From Bugula neritina (Eukaryota; Animalia; Bryozoa): a DNA stretch of 64,000 bases. Below are positions 21,894-34,045 of this stretch, piece by piece (the first letter of the stretch is position 1; the number at the start of each line of letters is the position of its first letter). The notes under the pieces were generated by a model. The model was not told where the DNA came from. It was given only the letters and a program-made list of their open reading frames with translations, and did not search any database. The stretch covers positions 16,792,722 to 16,856,721 of the forward strand of contig OZ037766.1 of assembly GCA_964035545.1 (NCBI GenBank). Direction: 5' to 3'. Made by a program: the position numbers and the translations under genes.

Positions 21894-24800
21894 ACATCAT
21901 GTATAAGCCATATAGGTACATACACAATGAAGTAGCACACGCAGCAATACACAAGTATATGGATCATATGCATGGAGTACTACAATTTGTGCAAAGGATA
22001 AGTTTCAGAATATTATAATCATAATCATACACCTATAGAATTTATAATGGGTATACAGACATGGCAGGTGTGGCAGGCATGGCAAGTATGGCAGGTGTGG
22101 CAGGTGTGGCAGGTATGGCAGGTGTGGCAAGTATGCTAGAAAACTACAGGCTGTTTATACTAAAAAGAATTGATTTCACTTCAGTTTCCTTTGTAGCATG
22201 TATTGAGTTATCAGATATTACCACTCAAGTGTTTGCCTAGATATTGTTTAAAGCAAAGTAGCTTATATTTTACATAGGACAGTATTGTATTAGGTTATAT
22301 TAAATATAATTTTTTATTTTAATAGCTTAGAAATCTAAGAGCTTCATAGTTGCATAATCATAACTTATTTAATATTAGAGCTCTGGTAAGTAAAGTAGTC
22401 ACAATGTGTGCATAACAGAGTAATTATTATCCATTTCTGCTTATCAAAATAATGATTTGTGTTATTTGCAAACTGAACAAATGTGACATTCTTTCATTTC
22501 ATATGTTTGTAGTTTGTACTTGGCAACTATCTGAGTTGTTTATTCTAGTTGGCTGTTATAGTTGCGTATAACTAGCTGTAGTAACTTCTATTGTGTAACA
22601 CTGTTTATAATATATGATATATTCATTTACCTTACAGCATCTTTGGACTATATGATTTGCGATTCATCTATAGCCATGCAGTGTCTATCTGAGTTTTCAA
22701 CTTTAGAATTTACCTAAAATTCAATGGTTTGTTTACATGCAGAATATTAATAACATGAGAGTGGAAAATCGACATAAGAGAGCCACATATCAGAGAAATT
22801 TTGACATTGAGAGATCTTGGATACCAAATAATAATGACATCACAGGTCAGCTTGTCACTCACCCTCTTCAGTTTGTGCTACAAGTTTGTGCTACAAGTTT
22901 GTTTTACACGTTTGTGGTATAGTTTTGTTACACGTGATATAGCTGTGGTAAGATGGTAGAAAGTAAATAAACAGTAATTCACCTAAACAATTATACTAGC
23001 AAAAATGCTCTATCAACAGCTTGTTTTTTGCAGTCTTACTAGTTATTGTCGTTGGTTTTTGAAAAGAGTTTTTTTCTGTTATATGTTTTGCTGTACTATA
23101 AGAATACAGGCATTAAGCAGTATTATTGCAGACTATTGTAATAAGTTTGGTTAGAAAATTTAATTGCCAATACTGTAGAGTAAAGTTTTCAAGAAACTTC
23201 AAATATTCTCAGCAATTTTAAATGGCTACGAGGCTACAAAGCAAGGAATAATTAATGAATAGTTATCTTAATTCTTTTAGCAATTATTTATTTGAAAGTC
23301 TCTTTGTAGAATCGATGTTGTCATATAGCAAACGAATGAGTGAGGTGAACCAAAAGAGAGGCTTTCTGACTAAAGAGGAAGAAAAAATGGAGCTCCCCCT
23401 GTTGATAAAAGCCACCCATTTATCTCATCCTGATTATAGCAGACCTAGGTAATCCAGGTGTTTGTTCACTGTTCTAATACTAATAGCTGTTGTAAAAATG
23501 CACTCTACTTGTATTAAAACAGTTTTATGGTTTAACTTATTCTAATACCATTATATAATTGAATATACATTTTGTCTGCATGGTTATAACCGGTTTGGTG
23601 CATTTAAATATGTAACTACAGCGCTTAGTGGTGTTTGATTCCCATATTTCGGTAAATGAAATTTGAAATTATAGCTACATAATTATTTGAAAACTAGTGA
23701 ATTCTACCTAACACATGGCACAACAAAACTTTTAAAAGTTCATTTTGTTATTTTATGATTATTTATGTCAAGTAGATACAGTTTATAGTGGAATCTTTTA
23801 TATTAAGAACTTCTAGTTCAGTTCTAATAATGTTGGTGTCATTTCAGATAGCCGACCTCCAGTTAGATTACCCCAAAAGGGTCATTAGTTAAAATGATAA
23901 CCCCAAATATTGCTATCAAATATATGTACCGATGATATTTAAATATATTTGCCTACTTTAAACTTTGAAATTCTTACTTACAACAAGAAATGCTTCTTAA
24001 AAAAACAATCTAGTTCGGGAGTTATCAGTGGAAAAATTTGTTGAAATGCTATAGAATATGTGCACTGTTTTATCAATAAGATGATACATAAACATACTTG
24101 ATTACTTTAAACTCTGAAATCTATAACTTATAAAACCAAAATAAATGTAACTTAATATCAAATATCGTTAATTTTTTTCCTTCCTAATGTCTTCTATAAT
24201 TAAAAGTCGTCCTTCATTTGGGGGTCGTCTAAGTGGAATATATTGATGTTTGTCTACATTGGGGCTGTCTATCTAAAATTAAACCATAATTTTACCTGTT
24301 GTTGGATTTTATAAAGCTACATTTGAAGCGGCTTAGTCTTTTAGCATATTAGTCCATACTTCATACTTTTTTATTTAGTATCATTATTCATCAAGTTGAT
24401 CCAAACTAAATTCCAAGAGTTATCAAAATATTTTTGACAAAGTAACATCAAACAAAGCCGCTGGTGTTGCTTATACTTGACAGAGTGATTATGCAATTGA
24501 TGGTCAATACAACTACTACACTGTCTTTCATTATGTGCATCAATTATCAGTTTAAATAAATGGCATTGTTAAAAGTGTATTGAGTTAACTGTATTAAAGT
24601 TAGTTCAAACAAGTATACCTCCCAGTCAGGTTTATTATAGGCTAACTGCTACTCTATGGTTTGTACGTAATTGCATTGCTAAAATTGCGCAGCTTTTATA
24701 ACGGAAATTTGTGTATATCTATGTGCATTTATATTTATGACAAATACAAAAGTTAAAAGCAATCATTTCTTGTAAAAAGTTTGTACTGGTTTTAAAATCT

Positions 24801-25636
24801 AACAATGTGTATAATATTTTGCTATTTATTCGCCAGTTTGCTGCTATCAGTAATTCTCTTTTTTGTTGAATAGGTCAAATAATAAAGCTAAAAGGAAATC
24901 AAACCATTATGCAACAAAAGCAAGGTCTTTGCCTAACATGAAGTTGGAGCCATTGCTGGGTCCTACGGCTAAAGAGTACCAAACTAACACAGCTAGTTTA
25001 GTTGATTTGAAAAGCATAAAGGGTGTAAAGTTAAAGTTTCTAAAATCAAAGAACCTGGAGCCAATTGTTGCATCTCATTCTATTTTGGACTCAACGAACT
25101 CAGTAATAATAGATGAAGTAGCTGATACAAACAGACTGGAGCACAGCAGTGAATGTGGCAAGAAAGATAATCCTAATAAGAGGATATCAGACCGAAGGGT
25201 GGCCTCTACCATGGAGCAGTCCAGCCTGCAAGAAACTATTAACTCTAATAAAAAGCTAGAAACTGAGAATTCCCGGCCTGCATTTAAATCTTTACATCGT
25301 GTTAGCAGAAAGAAAAAGAAAAGTCTGTTACTAATAGAAAAATCCTACTTAGAATCAATTGATGAAGAAGAGAGAGAATCTGTGATATCACCAGTTCCCC
25401 GTGGCAAACTTCCTCTTCCTAAGATATATAATCCAAATGCTCGTGTGGAAAACTATTTTGACATTCAGCGTAGTATAGAAGATCGGCGTAAGGATGTTGC
25501 TTTACTACGAAGGATTAATAATAGCATCACTTCAAGCAAGTCTTCGTCTCAAATATCTATGATGTCATTAGCCAAGAGAAAGTTTCGCAAACTGCCACCA
25601 ATGTTGGCCAACATTCAAGCAGATCATATTAATTAA
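21131..25636 (+). CDS. Uncharacterised basic Lys/Ser/Arg-rich, probably disordered protein (355 aa, 4 exons)
   Basis: Exons 21131-21193 (ATG..CAG|GTAAGG), 22743-22845, 23310-23448 and 24874-25636 (TAA). Phases 0/1/2 are compatible; total 1068 nt. Long open terminal exon. AATAAA at 25659-25664. No domain recognised. The first exon and start codon are least certain. Confidence 0.7.
21387..21498. repeat. TG-rich compound microsatellite (GTGTGTG/GTGTTGC units)
   Basis: Visible tandem TG/TGG units in intron 1 of the orphan gene. Confidence 0.85.
21844..21896. repeat. (CA)n/(CACG)n microsatellite
   Basis: Imperfect CA run. Confidence 0.9.
22062..22136. repeat. 9-bp minisatellite (TGGCAGGTG variants), about 8 copies
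   Basis: tggcaggtg tggcaggca tggcaagta tggcaggtg tggcaggtg tggcaggta ... Confidence 0.9.
23835..24285. mobile_element. Degraded inverted-repeat (MITE-like) element in orphan-gene intron 3
   Basis: The left end GGTGTCATTTCAGATAGCCGACCTCC..CCAGTTAGATTACCCCAAA resembles the reverse complement of the right end GGTTTAATTTTAGATAGACAGCCCC..CCACTTAGACGACCCCAAA. Many mismatches and no clear TSD. Confidence 0.4.
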
Positions 25637-28600
25637 CGTGTTTTATTTTTTGTGCAATAATAAATGAGCTGTATAAAATATTATTTTGTAAATTCCAAAA
25701 GTCTAAAATATCGCTGTTTGGCACATTTTATAAAAAAGTGAAGTATACCAAAATCGCCTAATAATGGCAGAAAGTTATGAAATCCTCAGCATGAATTATG
25801 TGGGAGAATATAACTCCAATCGATATATTCATCTCACCTAATATATAGCGTATTACCTAACACAAATACAAACTTAGCTCAACTGTTCAGTATAGGCTGT
25901 TCCTCTTTACTGTATGAATATATATTCATATATATTTTTATACTTTACATTAAATTGGTATAATTTTGCAAAAAACGTAAATATGATAGAGTTATATGCA
26001 TTCCCATTGTTTATTTCTACTAGAATTGTTTTGTATAAGTCAGCTGTAGTCACCAATTCCCTATCTACCTTTCACATTCTATATTAGTACTAGCTTACTA
26101 TTTTAACTCACGACTGTGCTTTAATTGGATTTTGTTACAATTTCAACTATAAATTAGAAACCTGGGCTAATGTATAACAATTGTTTTCATATTATGAGTC
26201 GAAAAACTCGAATTTATCGTATTTCATATTGGCATATAATATATTATATTTTTTGTTTATTTAAAACTCAATGGCATAATCTAGTAACTCTAGTAACTTC
26301 ATAGATATATTATCATATAGCTACAACTATTAACTTTGTGTGTAGCTAGATTTTCGCTAGTAGGTACAAATAATAATTTACTGATTAGAAAATAAAGAAA
26401 CAAAAAGGAATGTTGAGCTATAAAGGACAATCATCTTATACCTTTGAGTGATAAGTATAGCACTTTTACCATAAAATATTAGAGAGCAGCTTGGTGACTG
26501 TTTTATGGGTGCAACTGCAATTAATTTAGTCCCTTCCAGAAGCAATACAAATAAACCAAAGTGCATTTCTACAGATTTAATAATTCATTCAAAGCATTTC
26601 TTACTAGTAAGCTTTCTCATGGAACTTCTTGCACAGTCTTTTAAAATTAGTGGTATAGACACACTCAGTACCTTATATTAAAATTTTTATTGCTTTTAGA
26701 ATAACACAAACGCCAAAATAAGAAACACACAATAATAAGTGGCATAATAGCACTACATAATTATTATACAAACTATAACTCAAATCTGCTGTGGTGATAT
26801 CTTTCTTGGTAACACTTCTGTGTATACTTTGTTAGTACTGCCCCTTACTTGCTTCTATGTACTGCTGCCATTATGCTCCCCTTGTCCATAATTGCCCCCT
26901 CTCTCTCCTTATCTGTTTTTCTCTCCACTATCTGTTGCTCCTATAATTATATTACTCCTGTTGTTACCGAAAGTCTTTATAGAGAGAATGTTGTTTTATA
27001 CTACTTTAGCTATGAAAAAGTCTACCATTATTTGGCAAATACATAAGATGCAGTCTTGCAACAGCTTAGGTGCAAGTTTTACATTTTATGTTTGCGTCAG
27101 GTGATGTTATATTACATATGTGTAAGTTATTATGTTTGTGCTCCTTGGGTAATGCACATATTATAATATATTAGAGTATATAGTAATATATTGTTCAGTT
27201 ATGAAACCTTTATTTCTGTCCCAAATTTATAAAAGTACTATACTATATTGAAACAATACTCGCAATAAACCTTTAAGGGATTTATTATATTATTGTTATA
27301 TTTTATGTATATTAAAACTAATTGAAACAATGCAAATAAAAATCATTAAAAAATTCTCAACAATCAAAGATGATATAATGAACAACACAGTGGCACATTA
27401 AATGTCTGCTTTCTAGGTTTATGAAACTTCAGTTAAGTACTGCTGCATTATTCACTTTAACACTCTTCTTACTCATCTACATGTGATTTATTTTAGTATT
27501 CTTTCTCTTGTCCTTGGCGGTACACTGGTAAGATAGTTAATATTGCCATATGGTGTGCTATTAAAAACTATTTTCATGGAATGTGTATGCCATTGAAAGA
27601 GTTAGTGGTCAAAATAGTGAGTTTAATTTGAGATAATTTTCAGGGGGTGTGTTGCTGTTAGAGAAAATTTTTCTGGTTTAACAAGAAGCATTTGAGCAAC
27701 CAAATTGGGACTGGAGGGTAAAAATTAGGTAAGTTTTTATAGACTCACTTTCTTACATTACAAAATCATTGAGATATGCTATAATATTCTGCAAAGCGAT
27801 TGCTAAAGATTTTTTATAATACACTGTAGCATAACAATTTTAACTTTACAGACTTAAAAATTTGACTAGCTTGTGTTTATGTTTCATAACAAAAAATATG
27901 GAGAATTTACTAAAAAAAAGCATAAATTTAATCTACTTAAAATGATATTCCTGTGACATAGTGAGCAAGTTAATGTTCAAAAAGTAAATGAAGTTAAAAA
28001 TATGGAATATTAGGCACCTCTCAAATTGCACAGGTTGAGACAAGAATAATATAGGCTGCGCCTAAAAAATTAAATTAAAATGGCTGTGGTTGCCCTGCAG
28101 CCTGTTGACAAAGGAGTTGTGCTGCCGATGCAAACTATATAATTCCTGTCGCAACATTAAATCACGAGCTTCAGTCAAAGCTGCAGGCAATGATGCCAGT
28201 CTCAGCAGGAGATAAACAGCTTCACTTGTAGCACTTCCTGTCAGACCCATACAGCTCGCTGACTTTCTCAAAAAATTGAAAATATACTGGGTCAAAACCA
28301 AAACATGCCTACAATCAATTCTCACCTAGATGTGATAATGTATAAGCTAAAAAACTTTTACCTATTAATTTTCTCTTACATATTTTTGCATCAATTTTAA
28401 AAATATGAGAGGTTGAATTTAATTTTAAAACAAAAAGTTTACTTGCATAAAGTTATTGCCAGCAAGCATTCTATTCATATTTTATTAAAATAATCTTAAT
28501 TTAAGAGCTGATTTAAGTTTTCCCAAATTTATTTACTTCAATAGATGATATGAACAAAGAATTTGAACAACAAAAAAAGCCAACATTGACATGGAAACAC

Positions 28601-30730
28601 TGAATGATAAAGGGAAAAATAGCTGGTGATAAGTAAGTTCACAATTAGCTATGTATTCTGCCTGGTATGTAGCCTATTATAGCTTATCAAATAAATATAA
28701 ATAAATAAAAACTGTTTCCATCATTCAACAACATATGTTGAAGTAAAGAAGATTTTGAGAGTCCATATGATTACCTCAACATAGCAACATACATACAATG
28801 TTACTCAAATAATTATACAGTTTTATATTGAGGAACTTTTTAGGAATTCTAGTTGACACTCAAACTCGCATTGTATAAATGTCTAGCTACAAAACAGAGT
28901 GAAGTTTTGGGCAATTTGTTATAAAGAATGGCTTCTTGGTTAAATTGAAAATCATCTTATTTATTGTGCTCTGTTATAGAAATTGTGCGGAGACTGCCAG
29001 TGGAGATTACTCCCATGGTTTGACCACCTACAATGTCCAACATCCGGTTGGTTATATGCAAACACCAGTTTCTGCAGAATATAATAAATAACTTGAGATT
29101 AACGATAAACATTTTCTTGCATCATTTAACAAAATCACTATTAAATAAAATGTATAAAACTTTGATAGCAGGTTGAATAATGCAGCAAAGGTGAAACCAA
29201 GATTTCCCCATTAAAATTTAAAAATGCATGTTTAAATTGATAGTTAGAAGAAAAGAAACTTTACTTATGTAAACAAAAGCAGGATGCAACTGAAATAACT
29301 ATTATTTCTTCAAAACACTGAGTTTTTGTGACTAGTAATAATATATTTGAGAAATAGCACAAGTGATATGCCACAGATATACTCGTATTGTTATATTTTA
29401 ATGTTTGTCAGTCAACCCACTCAAGAGCCAAAGAAACTATAAATAATATAAAAGTTTTTGCTGTTATCTTCAAACTAATATGTAGATAGATTATGTAAAA
29501 AACTTCGACTAGCTTGAAAATTATTTTTTATGTTACACGTTTCATTATATTGTGCAAAATTTTACATTACTTTTATTGAACGTAGCTTATAAAAGTTTTT
29601 CCTGTTTTTTCTTCTACGCCACAAGATTCTTGCAATTTTCTCAATACTTCTGTTTTCACTGTAGAGCCTCTACAGACCTTTATAGCAGGTCACTATGTAA
29701 TAATGTACAAATACATCATTCAATGTGTGGAAGAATGGCCAAGTTAGTGAAGATGATTCTAGAAACTTACCTACCGAATTCAACATGCTACTGTACAACA
29801 TAATTAACATCAACACCTTTTTCTTACAAAAGTCTATGCTATAAGTCATGGACATCGATTCTGAATCAAACAACCATGTTATGCATACTTCATCAAAAGT
29901 TACATCACCTTTGACTATGGTTGAAAAAAATAAAACTGTTATTTTTTTGTTCACTAACATATAATTGATAGAATTTACTCCAAATGACTATATTTCAGTT
30001 AGCAATCGCAGAGTAGCCTATTATAAGTATTTAAGTATGGGATATTTAAATTTTATCATAAATTAGGCAAAGTAAGTTTTTGATGTAGGCTAAAGTTCTA
30101 ATTCATGCTAAGTCTATTACACAACCTATGATGCATTATCAATTTATTATGTTTTTTCATCAACTTCTCCTGTATTGTTGACAACTATTTCAATCGCCAA
30201 AGCCCTAAGGTGATCTAATTCATTAATTGTTGGGTGAAACTCTTATAGATACATATCATAATGTACAACTTCACCAAAGCATTTTGAAGTGATTTGGTGG
30301 ATATATTTTTGACCATAATTATATATAGTAAATAGTAATTATTATATAACATACACCAACAGTATGTTCATTATGTGTTAGGTAATATTATTGTAGTAGC
30401 CTACTCAGTAGGCTTAAACACTTTGAAAAAGCTAGATATGCAGTAATTGAGTAATTTTGCCCTCATCTCATGTTTTTGTCGTTAAAGGTGATAAGAAAGA
30501 TAACCATGCTGCACTGATTCCATCATATTTTTTGTACTAGGATAAAAATTAATTTAATTATGTACTATAATTCAGCAATCCACTATTATTACTGTTTTTG
30601 TGCTATTGTTGTTTTAAAATATTTCATTTGTGTAGATATCTTATTTTTTATGATATAAGATCTTTAAACACTTTACTAAGCTTATTTTTTTCATCACGGT
30701 ATCACCACTGAAATAATACATCACTGAAAT

Positions 30731-30970
<240 letters not shown>

Positions 30971-31009
30971 GCCTATGTATTTACATTTCAATGTATATTA
31001 TTGTGTTTT

Positions 31010-31392
31010 AAAAAGCTCGTAGAGTTGAAGAGGGCGAGCAACGTGATCTATTAACTAAACTTCAACCCTTTGAGGGTGAGGTACTAAAATAATTTAATTT
31101 TCGTTCTAGTTCAGCGGGTATTCTTCGGCGATAGGAGTCATCTATACACAACGCTGAGCGAAATCGGTATATATGGCTATCCCGACGATAATTTTAAAAG
31201 CCGCTTTAACTGAACAATCTTCGGGCATTTCTAAACAATTTCCCCCACGCATGCCGAGATTGTGATGGTTCCAAACAACCTCGCCTAACTTTTTTTGGGC
31301 AACCAGCGTCTTCATCTTGACGTTTATCCTCAAGTTTTTTCCTAGGTTTATCCTGGTTTTAGCACCAATAAGCTATAAAGTAATCGTTAGGA
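31010..31392. promoter_or_regulatory. CpG-rich patch; candidate unmethylated promoter or first non-coding exon, most plausibly of NOL6
   Basis: About 20 CpG counted in about 380 bp against a strongly CpG-depleted background. No ORF homology or TIRs. The NOL6 ATG exon starts with a splice acceptor (35200), so an upstream 5'-UTR exon is required. Candidate donors GTGAGG (31076) and GTAATC (31380). Confidence 0.5.
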
Positions 31393-31439
31393 TTTTACTT
31401 TTTTCTCTCTCAAGTGCAAATCTTTTGTGACAAGCTACA

Positions 31440-32060
31440 TCTATTAGTATTACTATTAGTATTTCTAAAAGTATAACTATAAGTATAAGTATAAGTTAAT
31501 AACTTATAGTTATACTTATACTGAGTATAAGTATAATAACTATAAGTATAACTATAACTGTAAGTGTATTAGTACAAGTATAAGTAATGTAAAAGTAAAT
31601 TATCATTATGTAATCGTTAGATTTAAATTACCAACAGTAGGCGTAGCACTAACTAAGTGACTATTGTAGTCACTTACTCTTACTCTTAGTCATTAACTGA
31701 CTATAATACTAATAGTCACTTAGTGCTACTGTTTGAAAGTGAGTGTTGGTAATTTAAATTTAACCATCACTATGAGTATGACTATGTAATTGTAATTGTA
31801 TCACTGTATGAGTATGAGTCTCAGTCTATGACCATCACTCATCACTGGCACTATTCAATATCATTATGATTATGATTTACTTTTAGTAATTATTATTAAA
31901 TTTAATAAATTTTAATTATCATTATGAGTATGAATAACTCTAAGTCTAAGTAAATCTAATAGTAAAACTGTCTACTAAAAGTATAGTTGATAGTTTACTA
32001 AATCTAATACTGTCACTATCAAGTTCAACTATGTTACCATTATGATTATGATTCTAAAGA
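31440..32060. repeat. Low-complexity zone of nested 4-7 bp tandem duplications with an embedded fold-back (31616-31764)
   Basis: AGTATA, TATGAG, TATGAT, CTAAGT, TACTCT and ATTGTA doublets in succession. Inverted arms 31616-31636/31744-31764 and 31643-31665/31711-31729. Confidence 0.8.
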
Positions 32061-32279
32061 TCAATATCACAAATCTAATTCAATAAATGGTTATATTTGT
32101 ATTTATGTTTATTATAATTATTTATTTTTAATATTGAAACTGAACGTCGATGTGAATATGAAATTGAATACCAATTGCAATATGAAAACATAAGGCTAAG
32201 GCTAAGCACCAACATGAACAGTAAGTCAAAGTGTAGCACTTCAGCAGTAAACCTAAATCAACATGTTTATGTAATACTA

Positions 32280-33678
32280 GTAATAGTAGTAGCAGTAGTA
32301 GTCCTCTTTGTTGAGGGAACAGGATTGGAGGTCTTTTCTGATAGTATCATGCCATTTGTGCTTTGAGCGTCCCCGGTTTCTATTTCCTGCAACTTTCAAC
32401 TCATGCACTCTTCTGATATCATCCTCTTTTTCTCTTCTGCATATATTTCCAAACTACTGTAGCCTTCTTCTCATCAGTTCTAACACATTCATTACTTTCG
32501 CTTCTTGCCTTATGCTTGTGTTGGTGTTGTGCTCTTCCAAATTAACTCCTAGGCAGTAGCGTAGCATTTTCATTTCGCATACACTCACTCTCTCCGCAAG
32601 GTAATCAATCACTGGCCATGTCTCCGCCCCGTATAACAACACCGGTCTTACTACTGTTTTTTAAATGAGGATCTTGAGTCTCTTTGAGGCTTTCCTGTCA
32701 CACAAGATCCCGGTCAGCTGCCTCCATTTATCCCAGGCTCTGCCAATACACACTTGCACCTCTGTCCTGCATCCTCCCTCCTGGTGGATTGTAGTTCCCA
32801 GGTACTTGAAAGTGGCTTTTTGAGGCAAAGTGGCATGGTCAGAGCTATCGTATTCCGTCAATTAAATGTCATCACTGCTTTCTTTTGGTGGTAGGTGCTC
32901 TGTTTTAGACCTGCTGACTTTTAGGCCGAGATCCTCCAATCGCTTTCTCCAGTCTTCCAATCTTTCTTCTATGTTGTCTCTACTCTCATCACATAGTACC
33001 AGATCATCTGAAAACAGCATGCTTCATAGTGTGTCTTCGCTATTGTCATCCGAGATAACATCCATTATAATTATAAAAAATAATGGGCTTAGGGCTGAGC
33101 CCTGGTGTAGCCCAACTTCCACTCTTATTTCTCCTGTTTCGCCTGCATTTGTTACTACTCTTGTTGTTGTGTCTTTTACATATCCTTGATGATACTGATG
33201 TAAGCTTCAGGTACATGGTGCTTCCTGAAATAGTGCCGTATTAGCTCTCTTGGTATGATATTGTAGGCCTTTTCCAGGTCCACAAATACCATATGCAGTT
33301 CTTTATTACATTCCCTGTATTTTTTCCCGCAGAATGGAAAGACAAAACATGGGCTCAGTAGTAGATTTGCTTCTTTGGAAGCCATACTGGTTGTCCTTTA
33401 GCTTGACCAACTCTTTTAGCCTTGCTTCGATCACTCTTTCATAGAGTTTGAGAAAGTGGGTGAGCAACTTTATACCCTGGTAGTTCCCACAGCTGAGGGG
33501 GGTCACCTTTTTGTTTGTAAATGGGGTTGATTTTACTTTTTCGCCACTCTTTTGGTATCCCTTTTCTAATGGCTTCTCTAAAACACAATGTTATTCATGC
33601 TGCACCCGTGTCCTTGAGTTTCTTAATCATCTTTATGGGGAGCTCATCAGGACCTTTTGCTTTATTTGGTTTCATTCA
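32280..33678 (-). mobile_element. 5'-truncated, frameshifted non-LTR retrotransposon (RTE-like LINE) reverse-transcriptase pseudogene
   Basis: Minus-strand fragments in RT order: KAKGPDELP, CGNYQGIKLLTHFLKLYERVIE..QYGFQRSKSTT, LHMVFVDLEKAY, VGLHQGSALSP, MLFSDDLVL (YADD equivalent), FKYLGT..AWDKWRQLTGILCDRK, VRPVLLYGAETW. Multiple stops and frameshifts. The 3' end is a (CTA)n-type tandem tail at about 32280-32302, typical of RTE-clade elements. No endonuclease region. Confidence 0.9.
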
Positions 33679-33973
33679 GAATAGTCGAGAGTCAGACTTG
33701 AAATGATGTTTGTGGTAAAAATAAATATGATACTAAGAGTAAATATAATAGTAATATTAATAAAACTAAAAAATAAGTAAAAATTTACGAAAATGAGAAC
33801 AAAAAATTAATTTAATATAGCATACAACTCATGTCAGTCATGTGGGGTTATAGTCACCATCCCTGGTGGAAATGTTTTTTAAAAATGAGATAAGGACTTT
33901 CTTTTACATTACCAGTGATGCAAAGAAGCAATTATTACTGAATACCCTTCTTACCTTACCAATGATCTTTACT

Positions 33974-34045
33974 GGGGATAGTAGTAGGACCACTAAGCTC
34001 GTGTTTACTAATCCAGTGCTCTAACCCCTAGCCAACGCTGCTCCC
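33974..34045 (-). mobile_element. Possible decayed tRNA-derived SINE head
   Basis: Minus strand reads GGGAGCAGCGTTGGCTAGGGGTTAGAGCACTGGATTAGTAAACACGAGCTTAGTGGT..., with an A-box/D-arm-like TGGCTAGGGGTTAGAGC. The B-box position is occupied by CCTACTACTA and there is no intact cloverleaf. Confidence 0.35.

Noticed and set aside
27498-27728. Plus-strand exon-like segments with AG/GT boundaries (about 27498-27527 and 27644-27728)
   Set aside because: The larger one has stops in all three frames. There is no linkage to a gene and no homology, so it cannot be distinguished from chance.
28062-28325. 87-aa minus-strand ORF with protein-like composition
   Set aside because: No ATG start, no recognisable family, and I could not join it in phase to other exons.
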